Positions 36,459 through 45,985 of a stretch of DNA of 48,937 nt are shown here, in pieces. Each line of letters opens with the position of its first letter. Position 1 is the stretch's first letter. The translations under genes were made by a program, and so were the position numbers. Below the pieces are notes generated by a model. It was not told where the DNA came from and ran no database searches. It worked only from the letters and a program-made list of their open reading frames with translations. Source of the stretch: Bdellovibrionota bacterium (GTDB lineage: Bacteria; Bdellovibrionota_C; UBA2361; OMII01); the NCBI GenBank assembly GCA_044347025.1, contig JBIIYC010000001.1, positions 1 to 48,937 of the forward strand. Direction: 5' to 3'.

Positions 36459-36803
36459 CGCGCGCTCCCACCTAAGTCTTATGCTGCCCGAACTCTTTAG
36501 ATGCTCTCAGTATACGGGTCGGCCCACGCTACCCAAAAGCGAATTCTTACGACGGGGAATTTGATGGCGCGGGTAGGGGAGCGTTTTTCTGGGTGGTGTC
36601 TAACCTATTGAAAGTGTTGTGATTAGTTTCGGAGGGCGTTAATGGATTGGGGGGCCTCGGAGTCGGCTCGGCCGTAATAAACGATGTGAAGACAGGCACT
36701 TAAGCGCTTTCCTGCCCCTTTCTTTCCTCGTGTGGGGGCGCTGTGTTTAGGTTTTTTACTGTGATACACTCCGTCGGACGTTTCTTTTAGAGGCAGGGTG
36801 TTC

Positions 36804-37793
36804 ATGCGAGGTATTTCAGTAGTTATTCCGGTCTATAACGAAGAGGACAATGTCGCTGAGGGCTTTAAGGAAGTATCTCAGGTTCTCAGTAGCATGAATC
36901 GACCGTATGAAATCATCTACGTCGATGATGGTTCGAGAGATCGCACGGTGGCGCGCCTCCTTGAGTGCGGTGGCAATGATCCTCACCTACAACTCGTTCA
37001 GTTGCGTCGTAATTTTGGACAGACAGCTGCGATGGCAGCCGGCTTCGATCACACACAATATGAGATCGTGGTTGCCCTGGACGGTGACCTGCAGAACGAC
37101 CCAGCAGAGATTCCTCAGATGGTGGCAAAGCTCGATGAAGGATTCGACCTCGTGGCGGGATGGCGTAAGGCTCGCAAAGATAAGTTCATTAGCCGCAAGT
37201 TGCCGAGCATGCTTGCTAACCGCCTCATTTCATGGGCAACAGGCGTTCGCTTGCACGATTATGGATGCACTCTCAAAGTAATGACTGGCGAGATTGCGCG
37301 TGGCCTTCGTCTCTACGGAGAGATGCACCGCTTCATCCCCGCGCTGGCGAATGAAATGGGCGCAAAGATCGTTGAGGTTCCGGTAAATCACCGCGAGCGG
37401 AAGTACGGGACATCTAAGTACGGCATTTCTCGCACCATTCGAGTCGTGCTTGATCTTATCACGGTGAAGTTTCTTCTCGGCTATTCGAAACGTCCGATTC
37501 ACCTCTTCGGTCTAGTTGGTGTCTCGTCTGCGTTGGCTGGTGTTGCGATTCTGGCGGGTATGACGTACCAGCGTTTCTTCGAGCATCAGCCGATGGGTAA
37601 CCGTCCTCTCCTCACCCTTGGAGTGATGATGGTTATTATCGGATTGCAGTTCCTCGTGTTTGGTTTGCTCGCAGAGGTTCTTGCTCGCACCTATTATGAA
37701 TCTCAAAGCAAGAAGATCTACGTCGTTCGGCGCGTATTCTCCACACGAGAAGGTGATGATAGCACTCCATGGAAGCGTAAAGCGGCCAACTAA
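36804..37793 (+). CDS. GT2 polyprenyl-phosphate glycosyltransferase (GtrB/ArnC/DPM1-like)
   Basis: ISVVIPVYNEEDNV, YVDDGSRD, LDGDLQNDP, and two C-terminal transmembrane helices. The ATG at 36804 has GAGG 10 nt upstream. Confidence 0.85.
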   Translation: MRGISVVIPVYNEEDNVAEGFKEVSQVLSSMNRPYEIIYVDDGSRDRTVARLLECGGNDPHLQLVQLRRNFGQTAAMAAGFDHTQYEIVVALDGDLQNDPAEIPQMVAKLDEGFDLVAGWRKARKDKFISRKLPSMLANRLISWATGVRLHDYGCTLKVMTGEIARGLRLYGEMHRFIPALANEMGAKIVEVPVNHRERKYGTSKYGISRTIRVVLDLITVKFLLGYSKRPIHLFGLVGVSSALAGVAILAGMTYQRFFEHQPMGNRPLLTLGVMMVIIGLQFLVFGLLAEVLARTYYESQSKKIYVVRRVFSTREGDDSTPWKRKAAN

Positions 37794-37871
37794 GTCGCCG
37801 TTCAAGGTGGTATCGCGTCAGTCAACAGCGTGTTAGCGCGTAATGTTGCAGCAAGGCGGTGAAAAAATCGT

Positions 37872-39020
37872 ATGACAGCCGCGGTTGACCTCATAGCTCC
37901 GGTTTCTCTGCCACCTGTTAAGCTTCTCATTGATGGACGGAAGCTGGGGCACGGAGGGATCGGTGTATACACGGAGAACTTGATTCAAGGGCTTTTGCAG
38001 CTGGGGAGAGCTTCAATTGCGGTTGTATCAACGAAGGCCCAGGCAGATCGGGTTCCATTTGCTCGTGATGTAGAATGGATCTTCGATAGCGCCCGACCGT
38101 ACTCGGTGGATGAGCTGTTTTTTTTCTCTCGTCGCATTCCCTTCTCCCGATTCGATCTCTTCCATGCTCCGCATTACGTCCTTCCCTTTGGCGTTCCAAT
38201 CCCTACAGTCATTACGGTGCATGATCTAATTCACATTGAACATCCAGAGCGATTTTTCTACCCAATAATCGCGAAGCCACTATTGTCGTCCGCTGTTTCG
38301 CGGGCTACGCGGGTGATCGCAGTAAGTCGAGACACCAAACGAGCACTGATCTCAAGCTTGGGAGTTTCCGCTGATAAAGTGCACTACATTCCGAATGCGA
38401 TTGCAGCGTTCCTCGGCGGTGATAGTGGCCGGGAGAATCAGGCGAGCGTTGGGTCGTCTGCTCGACCGTATCTGCTCTCGGTTCTTTCGAATCTAAAACC
38501 CCACAAGGGACTCGAGGATCTTCTTCGGGCTTATCGAAGCCTCCAGACGAGTGGGGCGTTTCACGACCTGTGTCCCGATCTTTTCTTAGTTGGATATGGT
38601 GCGGAGCACCTGGGGAATACACCGGCGCTTCGCTCGCTTGTTGAGGGAGTGCGTGGCGTGCATGTGTTGGGGGCCGTTGGAACGACGGAGCTTCGAGACC
38701 TTTATCGAAAGGCCCGGGCGCTGGTGGTGCCATCGGTTGCGGAAGGCTTCTGCCTACCGGCGCTGGAGGCGCAGGCGTGTGGCACGCCCGTAATTTGTCG
38801 CCCCGTTCCGGCGATTCGAGAGCTTCTAACGGAGCAAGATATAGTGGCTTCTGATATGTCTGTCGAAGCACTTGCCTCGGCATTAGCAGCGGGATGTGCT
38901 CGTACAGACCGCACGCGAAGTAATATCGATTCGCATCTGGCACGGTTCTCTTTGCCGGTGGTAGCGACACAAGTGCGAACTCTCTACGAAGAGGTTATTC
39001 GAGGAGCGGTTGCACAATGA
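37872..39020 (+). CDS. GT4-family glycosyltransferase
   Basis: 382 aa with GT-B architecture. It has the EX7E-like region PSVAEGFCLPALEAQACGTPVI. Confidence 0.85.
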   Translation: MTAAVDLIAPVSLPPVKLLIDGRKLGHGGIGVYTENLIQGLLQLGRASIAVVSTKAQADRVPFARDVEWIFDSARPYSVDELFFFSRRIPFSRFDLFHAPHYVLPFGVPIPTVITVHDLIHIEHPERFFYPIIAKPLLSSAVSRATRVIAVSRDTKRALISSLGVSADKVHYIPNAIAAFLGGDSGRENQASVGSSARPYLLSVLSNLKPHKGLEDLLRAYRSLQTSGAFHDLCPDLFLVGYGAEHLGNTPALRSLVEGVRGVHVLGAVGTTELRDLYRKARALVVPSVAEGFCLPALEAQACGTPVICRPVPAIRELLTEQDIVASDMSVEALASALAAGCARTDRTRSNIDSHLARFSLPVVATQVRTLYEEVIRGAVAQ

Positions 39021-40237
39021 AGGTGGCACTTGTTCACGATTGGTTGACTGGTATGCGGGGTGGCGAGCGCTGCCTTGAGGCCTTCGTATCGCTGTACCCA
39101 CAGGCAGACATCTTTACCTTGGTCCACGTGCCGGGCTCAACTACTGCTGTTATCGACGAGCGTGTGAGGGGTGTTTCGTTCTTACAGCGCATCCGTGGCA
39201 TTTCGAAATTGTACCGCTTCTTCTTGCCGATATACCCATTAGCGATTCGTTCGATCGACTTAACGGGATACGATCTCGTCATTTCACTGTCGCATGCGGC
39301 AGCTAAAAATGTACGCGTTCCACAAGGAGCAACGCACGTGTGTTACTGCTTTACGCCGATGCGCTATATCTGGGATCAGGCGAGTTCGTATTTCAGCGGA
39401 CTTTCATTGTTTTTTCTGCAGCCTCTCTTGAGTTATTTACGATGGTGGGACAGGCGGGGGGCGCGCAGTGTATCTGAATTTGTGGGGATTAGCTCCTTCA
39501 TTGCCGGGCGTATTAGAAGGTATTACGGGCGGTCGTCGGTCGTTATCCCACCTCCGGTTCGAATGGCGCACGAAATTAATGCGGAGCTAACCGAGGCCGA
39601 GGAAGCTTTTTTTGCGCAGCACCCAGAGCCGTTTTTCCTCTGTGCTGGCGCACTGGTTCCGTATAAGCGAATAGAGGTCGCTGTTGATGCATTCAATGCC
39701 TTGGGTATCCCTTTGTGGATTGTGGGAAAGGGGCCAGAGCTAGAGAAGCTGCGGGCTCGTGCGAACATGAATGTTCGGTTTCTGGGACATGTCAGTGAAG
39801 CATTTTTATGGGAGTGCTATCGACGGTGTCGGGCGCTCGTGTTTCCGGGTATAGAGGATTTTGGCATTGTGCCTGTCGAGTGCCTCGCGTCGGGTCGGCC
39901 GGTGATCGCAATACAAGCTGGAGGCGTTGCAGAGACAGTGCGTGGCTATACGCTTGGGGATCCTCTCCCAGCGCATTCCCTATCGGCGTACAGTGGAGTG
40001 TTTATACCCAAGTCAGGGGTCGGCTCGGTGCAGGCCCTCTCCAACGCTGTGCGATTCTTCTGTGATAACGAAGAGCAGTTCTCTCCTGAGATCGCACGCG
40101 AGCATGCAACATGCTTTAGTTATTCACAGTTTTTTCAAAACTGGCAAAGATTGTGCGGACAGATCAAGATAGACCCAGGAGTCACTCCAACCCGAGAATC
40201 CGAGATAGACGGAGTCTCACTTGAGGGCGGACAGTAG
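39017..40237 (+). CDS. GT4-family glycosyltransferase
   Basis: MKVALVHDWLTGMRGGERCLE is an N-terminus typical of a GT4 subgroup. The protein also has FPGIEDFGIVPVECLASGRPVI. The start overlaps the previous stop by 4 nt. Confidence 0.85.
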   Translation: MKVALVHDWLTGMRGGERCLEAFVSLYPQADIFTLVHVPGSTTAVIDERVRGVSFLQRIRGISKLYRFFLPIYPLAIRSIDLTGYDLVISLSHAAAKNVRVPQGATHVCYCFTPMRYIWDQASSYFSGLSLFFLQPLLSYLRWWDRRGARSVSEFVGISSFIAGRIRRYYGRSSVVIPPPVRMAHEINAELTEAEEAFFAQHPEPFFLCAGALVPYKRIEVAVDAFNALGIPLWIVGKGPELEKLRARANMNVRFLGHVSEAFLWECYRRCRALVFPGIEDFGIVPVECLASGRPVIAIQAGGVAETVRGYTLGDPLPAHSLSAYSGVFIPKSGVGSVQALSNAVRFFCDNEEQFSPEIAREHATCFSYSQFFQNWQRLCGQIKIDPGVTPTRESEIDGVSLEGGQ

Positions 40238-40245
40238 AGAGCCTC

Positions 40246-41649
40246 ATGCTTAAGCAAAAGAGACAACTTTTTGAATACCTTTTTATCGTGGCTGACCTCG
40301 TGGTCGTGTCGGCTGCCTGGATGATAGCGTATTGGCTGCGATTTATGTCAGGCCTCGTTCCGGTAGATAAGGGTGTTCCGGACTTCGCCCAGTACCTGGC
40401 CATGCTCCTGTTCATCTGGTTGATATGGGCTTTCGTGTTTCGTCGGATGGGCCTTTATCGACCGATGCGAGGTGTGCGGCGCACGCGAGAGTTGTGGGTG
40501 CTGGTCAATGCGAATGCTCTTTCCATCCTGCTTCTCATTTCGATGACCTATCTTTTCCGAGAAAAGAGTATCCAGTTTTCTCGACTGGTGTTCCTGTATT
40601 TTTGGGCGCTCGCTACGGTCCTCACAGTGTGTGAGCGAACAGCGCTCCGTTTTTTCCTACGCGAAGTTCGTCGCAAGGGCTACAACCTCCGCTACATGCT
40701 GATCGTGGGAGCCGGGCAGGTAGCCGCGGATATGGTGAGTCGGATTCGCCTCCATCAGGAGCTCGGCATCCAGCTTATCGGATGTCTTTCACGTGACGGT
40801 ACCGAGCGCAGAGGTCCAGGTGGTATCCCGGTCATTGGCCAATATTCAGACCTTGGGACATTCCTTGGTCGAACAGATATCGACCAGGTTGTTGTGGCCC
40901 TTCCGCTTGAGGATCACCAGCTCTTACCGGAGATCATGGCGGAGTTGAAGGATTCCATCCTCGACATAAAAGTGATTCCCGACCTGTATCAGTTTGCGAG
41001 CATCGGTGGGGCGATAGAGGAGTTCGAGGGGTTGCCAGTTATTAGCCTCCAGGGATGCCCTTTAGACGGGATCAATCTGTTCACAAAGCGGGCGTTGGAT
41101 CTCTGCTTGGCCAGTATCTCCCTGTTGGTGTTTTCTCCAGTCATGCTGCTCATCGCTTTGTTGGTGAAATTCACATCGCGTGGTCCAATTCTTTTCAAGC
41201 AGGAGCGTGTGAGCTTTGACGGTAGCCGGTTTAGCATCATCAAGTTTCGAACCATGAAGCTTGATGCTGAGGTAGCCGGCCCTGGCTGGACAACCCCCGG
41301 TGACGGTCGAGTAACCGTTATTGGGCGTTTGCTTCGGTCGACGAGCCTTGATGAACTTCCCCAGCTTTTCAACGTGTTACGTGGCGATATGTCGATTGTT
41401 GGTCCTCGCCCGGAGCGACCGGTGTTCATCAAAGAGTTCCGTCAGCGAGTTCCTCGTTACATGTTGCGCCATAAGGTGCCGGCCGGTATCACGGGCTGGG
41501 CTCAGGTGAACGGTTGGCGCGGCGATACCTCAATTGATAAGCGTATTGAGCACGACCTGTATTACATCGAGAACTGGTCGCTTCTCTTGGATATAAAAAT
41601 CGTTTTGATGACCATCATCAATGGTTTCCGCAACCGAAATGCCTATTAG
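40246..41649 (+). CDS. Undecaprenyl-phosphate hexose-1-phosphate transferase (WcaJ/WbaP-type initiating enzyme)
   Basis: 467 aa with 4-5 N-terminal transmembrane helices, a central Rossmann-like region, and the C-terminal sugar-transferase motifs KRALDL...FKQERVSFDGSRFSIIKFRTM...DELPQLFNVLRGDMSIVGPRPE. Confidence 0.9.
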   Translation: MLKQKRQLFEYLFIVADLVVVSAAWMIAYWLRFMSGLVPVDKGVPDFAQYLAMLLFIWLIWAFVFRRMGLYRPMRGVRRTRELWVLVNANALSILLLISMTYLFREKSIQFSRLVFLYFWALATVLTVCERTALRFFLREVRRKGYNLRYMLIVGAGQVAADMVSRIRLHQELGIQLIGCLSRDGTERRGPGGIPVIGQYSDLGTFLGRTDIDQVVVALPLEDHQLLPEIMAELKDSILDIKVIPDLYQFASIGGAIEEFEGLPVISLQGCPLDGINLFTKRALDLCLASISLLVFSPVMLLIALLVKFTSRGPILFKQERVSFDGSRFSIIKFRTMKLDAEVAGPGWTTPGDGRVTVIGRLLRSTSLDELPQLFNVLRGDMSIVGPRPERPVFIKEFRQRVPRYMLRHKVPAGITGWAQVNGWRGDTSIDKRIEHDLYYIENWSLLLDIKIVLMTIINGFRNRNAY

Positions 41650-41958
41650 GTCGAACGGCTCATCGAGGGCCTATTAGAACTACTGAGCGGCGAGCCCTCC
41701 AACACGCCTTTCTTGTGTCGAGGTGGAACAGTCCCACCCTTTGCGGAGGATTTCTACGCGGTCGAATTTTTTGAGGCGCCGAGGTGATGTGAGGCTTTAT
41801 GCGGGCTAGAAGCGTTGAGTGTCGGCTAAAGTGGCTAGCCTCCCATGGTTGCTACGAGGCTTTTCTTCGATGCAGCGCCAGATCTGGGCGCTCTTTCCGC
41901 CGCGCCTCGCCCTAACTATATCCTTTTCAGTTTAATGCTGTCGCGCTAACCTATCGAC

Positions 41959-42318
41959 ATGCCACTTCTTCAGCGACTAGCGTTGTTTAGCTTCATCGTG
42001 TTCTTCTCGGGGTCCGTTGTAGTTGTTGCAGCGCGAAATCTGCACAGCAAGCTTGCGCCCCACACCGATAAAGATAAAGAGCAGGCGCAGAAGCTGATTG
42101 AGGCGCTCCGCGGAGATGAGCTATTTAAGGCGCAGGCTAAATACTCTGAAGCACACCCAGCGCCAGCGCGACGCAACGGTAGCTATCTTCCAGATCACGA
42201 TCGTAGGCGCATTAAGAACTTCCTCTCTAGCCTCATAGGAGGCAAGGACGCTGGCTCTGATGAGCAGGTGCCAGAGGCCGACACAGCAAAGACCGATCCG
42301 AAACAAGGAGACAAATAG
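41959..42318 (+). CDS. Small secreted or membrane-anchored charged protein, function unknown
   Basis: 119 aa. The N-terminal hydrophobic segment LALFSFIVFFSGSVVVVAA is followed by Lys/Asp/Glu-rich sequence. Confidence 0.45.
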   Translation: MPLLQRLALFSFIVFFSGSVVVVAARNLHSKLAPHTDKDKEQAQKLIEALRGDELFKAQAKYSEAHPAPARRNGSYLPDHDRRRIKNFLSSLIGGKDAGSDEQVPEADTAKTDPKQGDK

Positions 42319-42321
42319 ATC

Positions 42322-42777
42322 ATGCGCCAGTTGTACCGATTAGCTCAAACCATCATATGTGCCGGGGTTGTGTGCTCCTCCGCCACTGGGTGCTTTATGG
42401 TGCCGTTTGTGCAGGCATTCAAGGAATCTGGATTCACAGCAGAAGATCGCATGACTCTTCTGGCTCCGAAAGTGAAGAAGTTCTCCGATGCGCGTGTGTT
42501 TGGCAACAAGACGGATGCTCTGGCGCTGGTCACCCCTGAGGCCCGATTAGAGGTCTCCAAGCAACTGCGAGAGGGCAGCGAGCATGAGCGGATTGTTAAA
42601 TCGCGGATAGAAGAGGTGGAGTGGATTGATGATGCCCGTAAAGCGCGATTGATCATGAAGGTTGAGTCTTACAGAGTAAACCAACTTGTTGTGAACACAA
42701 CGGTTGAGGAGCAGGTTTGGGAGTTCAATACCGTCGATGGTTGGATGTTGAGCTCCAGAACGAAGCTAGAGGGGTAG
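42322..42777 (+). CDS. Lipoprotein, function unknown
   Basis: 151 aa with lipobox-like SSATG|C. It starts 3 nt after the previous stop. Confidence 0.55.
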   Translation: MRQLYRLAQTIICAGVVCSSATGCFMVPFVQAFKESGFTAEDRMTLLAPKVKKFSDARVFGNKTDALALVTPEARLEVSKQLREGSEHERIVKSRIEEVEWIDDARKARLIMKVESYRVNQLVVNTTVEEQVWEFNTVDGWMLSSRTKLEG

Positions 42778-42783
42778 TTGGCT

Positions 42784-43602
42784 ATGCTCGGATTTCGTCA
42801 GATAGGACGGTTGTGTTGTGTCGGGGCTTCGTTAGTGGCCATAACTGGCTGCGCAGTTTTCTCCGGTGATGCTGCCTCGCGCGCTAAAGCGATTGACTCG
42901 GCGCAGGGCGGAGATCCGTCGGTTACACCCTTTCGGCTCGATGTGCTCTCGGAGGTGAATGACGGGGATCGGTTGGTCATCACCGGACGTTTGGTTCCGA
43001 AGACGAACTGGGCTGCAAAGGAGGTGTTGGTTCGCCTGGCGGCGTTGGATCAGAGTGGTGAACAGCGAGTTTCTTTTCACCCATTTAGTGATCTCACCCC
43101 CAAGCAAAGCGATCTGCGGAGAGATGTGCCAGTGCCTTTTTCACTCTCGCTACCATCCACGGGCATATCGAATTATCAAGTTGAGGTCTTGTGGGGACGG
43201 GATGCTCAGCCCTACCTAGAGACGCCAAAGGCATCGATGAAGGCGCCCGAGGAGCCAAAGGACTACTTGGCGCTACGTGATCTTGAGGTGCATCGAGTCC
43301 CTGATGGTAGCTGCGCTTCCCCGGAGGAATGCCTCGTGAAGTTCTCCATAAAGGGGGAGTTTTTCAACGCGGGCCAGGCAACTATCCGAAATGTGGTGCT
43401 CGTGGCGGGTTTTAGTCCGGCCGATAAACTTGATTTGCCACATCAAATTCTTGAGAATGAACGGCGAATTGAGGTTCGCAACCTCCGTCTGGGCGGAGGA
43501 GCGACCAAGCCTTTTAGGCTTACGTTGGAGAAGTTCGTTCCGGCGACAGACCAGGTCGCATATCAGCCGGTAGTCCGTATCGTCTCCTTTGACTCCGAAT
43601 AG
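42784..43602 (+). CDS. Lipoprotein, function unknown
   Basis: Lipobox LVAITG|C. The ATG at 42784 has GAGGGG 10 nt upstream. The ORF track start at 42778 is a TTG. Confidence 0.55.
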   Translation: MLGFRQIGRLCCVGASLVAITGCAVFSGDAASRAKAIDSAQGGDPSVTPFRLDVLSEVNDGDRLVITGRLVPKTNWAAKEVLVRLAALDQSGEQRVSFHPFSDLTPKQSDLRRDVPVPFSLSLPSTGISNYQVEVLWGRDAQPYLETPKASMKAPEEPKDYLALRDLEVHRVPDGSCASPEECLVKFSIKGEFFNAGQATIRNVVLVAGFSPADKLDLPHQILENERRIEVRNLRLGGGATKPFRLTLEKFVPATDQVAYQPVVRIVSFDSE

Positions 43603-43715
43603 TCTGGGGCCCAGCGCTGGGCTCTGGGAGTGGAGTGCATGACATAAGGGCGATTGTGCCAGACTCCGCTCCGTGGGTCTGAGGAGATTCCGAGTTCCGT
43701 ACAGGGCGTTTGTTT

Positions 43716-45095
43716 ATGCAAGGTGAATCTGACAAGTCGACTGAAGTGCAGCCTGAAAAGCCGGGCGTGTACATCCGCACCTACGGATGTCAGATGAACG
43801 AGCACGACACTCAGAAGCTCTACAAGATTTTAGAAAAAGACTACCGGCCAGTCGCAACTCCTGAGCAAGCAGAGCTAGTCCTTATTAACACCTGTAGTGT
43901 TCGAGATAAGTCAGAGAAGAAGCTCTACAGTATGTTGGGTGAGCTGAAGGGACTCAAGGGCGCACGGCCGAACATGATGGTTGGCGTGTGTGGTTGCGTT
44001 GCGCAGCAAGAAGGGGAGAAGATCGCAAAGTACGGACGAGGAGTGGATATCGTATTTGGAACCCACAATCTCTCACTCGTTCCATCCCTCATTCAGCTGC
44101 GAAAAAAGGGGGCGCCTCCACAGGTTGCCGTTGATTATCGGGAGGAGTGGGAGGAGTTGCCGCTTGGATTCGCCGAGATCGATCCGAGTCGGGCTGGCCA
44201 AAAGCAGAATACTACGACCTTCATTTCGATCAGTCGTGGCTGCAACAAAAGTTGCACCTACTGCATCGTTCCCACGACCCGCGGTCCGGAGGTTTCTCGC
44301 GCTCTTGAAGAGATTGAGCGCGAGGTTCGACTGGCTGTTCACCGGGGAAGTCGAGAGATATTTCTGCTCGGTCAGACCGTAAATTCGTACGGCCTCGATC
44401 TCTCTCCTCGGATATCGTTTGTTCATTTATTGGAGCGTATTTCTAACATCGCAGGAGTTGAGCGAATTCGATTCACATCCCCCCATCCACAAGAGGTCCG
44501 GCAGGACTTCATCGATTTCGTGGTTTCAAATCCAAAGGTCTGTCGGCATATTCATATGCCACTGCAGTCCGGTAGTGATCGAATTCTAAAGGCGATGAAT
44601 CGAAACTATCGACGTGATAAGTACCTCCGAATTATCGATGACCTGCGCACGCGCGTGCCTGACATGGCGATCACGACTGATATCATCGTCGGCTTTCCAG
44701 GGGAAACCGAGGAGGATTTTCAGCAGACATTAGAGGTAATGGAGCTCTGCCAGTTCGATAATAGCTATTCGTATGCCTTTTCCGCGCGCCCTGGAACGCC
44801 AGCTGCCACAATGCAGGAGTTGCTGACACAGGAGGAAAAGCTCGCGAGACTCCAGGTTTTGCAACGAAAGCAGGAAGGAATTACGGGCAATCGGCTTCTT
44901 ACCTGGGTTGGTAAAGAGCTGGAAGTCCTGGTGGATGGCTCAAATCCCGCCCACGAGGGTTGTCTTCAGGGCCGAAGCTCACAGAATGTGATAGTGAACT
45001 TCGACCGGCCGTACGATGGGGTTAAAGTAGGTGATATTGTTACTGCCCGTATCGTCGCCCCTAAGAGGTTCACCCTGCTTGGCGAGCTGGCGTAG
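43716..45095 (+). CDS. miaB: tRNA-2-methylthio-N6-dimethylallyladenosine synthase
   Basis: N-terminal cluster motif YIRTYGCQMNEHD, radical-SAM motif CNKSCTYCIVP, and a C-terminal TRAM domain. The ATG is at 43716. Confidence 0.9.
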   Translation: MQGESDKSTEVQPEKPGVYIRTYGCQMNEHDTQKLYKILEKDYRPVATPEQAELVLINTCSVRDKSEKKLYSMLGELKGLKGARPNMMVGVCGCVAQQEGEKIAKYGRGVDIVFGTHNLSLVPSLIQLRKKGAPPQVAVDYREEWEELPLGFAEIDPSRAGQKQNTTTFISISRGCNKSCTYCIVPTTRGPEVSRALEEIEREVRLAVHRGSREIFLLGQTVNSYGLDLSPRISFVHLLERISNIAGVERIRFTSPHPQEVRQDFIDFVVSNPKVCRHIHMPLQSGSDRILKAMNRNYRRDKYLRIIDDLRTRVPDMAITTDIIVGFPGETEEDFQQTLEVMELCQFDNSYSYAFSARPGTPAATMQELLTQEEKLARLQVLQRKQEGITGNRLLTWVGKELEVLVDGSNPAHEGCLQGRSSQNVIVNFDRPYDGVKVGDIVTARIVAPKRFTLLGELA

Positions 45096-45277
45096 GGTGG
45101 TGGGACTCACCGAGGACCGGGCCTTTTTGGCCGAAGCGCTCCGCCGTTTTCATGGACTTGCGGAAAATCTGCGTGGTACTCTATAGATAGATAAGAGCTT
45201 CTGCTAGTTCTGGTTGAGTTCGCCCACTTTTCTACGAGCCGCACGACGGCGTTTTGCCGCAGGCGTGATTAGGTTAC

Positions 45278-45880
45278 ATGGCACACGATTCCGCAATCGA
45301 GATGTTTGTCGGGGGGCTGGTGATTGATCCAGCAACTCAAGCGCCGATAGTCGTCCTGAAGGACGAGTCTGGGGATATCACGCTTCCAATTTGGATCGGC
45401 ATCCCAGAGGCCACTTCCATTGCGAGTGCAATAAAGCAGGTCGCGATGGCTCGCCCATTGACGCATGACCTGTTTTTCGACCTCCTACTTGAGGTCGGTG
45501 TTACTGTGCAGCGAGTGGTTATCACCGAATTGAGAGAGGCTACGTATTTTGCAGAACTGGTTCTCGGGCAGGGAGATAGGGTTATAGTACTCGACTCTCG
45601 CCCAAGTGATGCTATCGCGATGGCGCTTCGGGCCTCAGCGCCAATCTATGTCGCACAGGCAGTACTAGATCAGGCTAAGATCGCTTTTGGGGACTCCAAC
45701 CCACTGCCTCTGCCGGAGCCATCCTCCGCCGAGGAGTCCGCTACGGCGCCGGTCGAGGGAAGCGAGGCGGAAGGGAGTGCTTCGGCCGATGAGTCGCCGG
45801 ATTTTGCGGGGATCGACAAAGATAAGTGGGAGGAGCTTCTGTCGCAGCTCGACCCAGAGGATTTTAAGTACAAAACGTGA
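45278..45880 (+). CDS. Bifunctional nuclease (BFN/DUF151) family protein with an acidic C-terminal tail
   Basis: PIVVLKDESGDITLPIWIGIPEATSIA...ARPLTHDLF...VVITELREATYFAELVL...LDSRPSDAIALA is the conserved DUF151 core. Confidence 0.8.
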   Translation: MAHDSAIEMFVGGLVIDPATQAPIVVLKDESGDITLPIWIGIPEATSIASAIKQVAMARPLTHDLFFDLLLEVGVTVQRVVITELREATYFAELVLGQGDRVIVLDSRPSDAIAMALRASAPIYVAQAVLDQAKIAFGDSNPLPLPEPSSAEESATAPVEGSEAEGSASADESPDFAGIDKDKWEELLSQLDPEDFKYKT

Positions 45881-45985
45881 CATACGTAGGTGCTCGCTGG
45901 CGCCCACCGAGCCATAGTTCCCCTGTACATTTAGAGCGGTGTCTGCTACGACCAACGTGAATAGTTCCCGAAGGGAGTATGTACC

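Noticed and set aside
38305-38970. 221-aa minus-strand ORF across the GT4 gene 37872-39020
   Set aside because: It has a Pro/Arg/Ala-rich antisense translation, whereas the plus-strand frame carries clear GT-B motifs.
45078-45115. TCACCCTGCT...TAGGGTGGTGGG around the miaB stop codon resembles the two repeat termini
   Set aside because: Similarity is limited to 6-8 nt on each side, the left part is inside the miaB coding sequence, and the downstream sequence does not align with the repeat interior.
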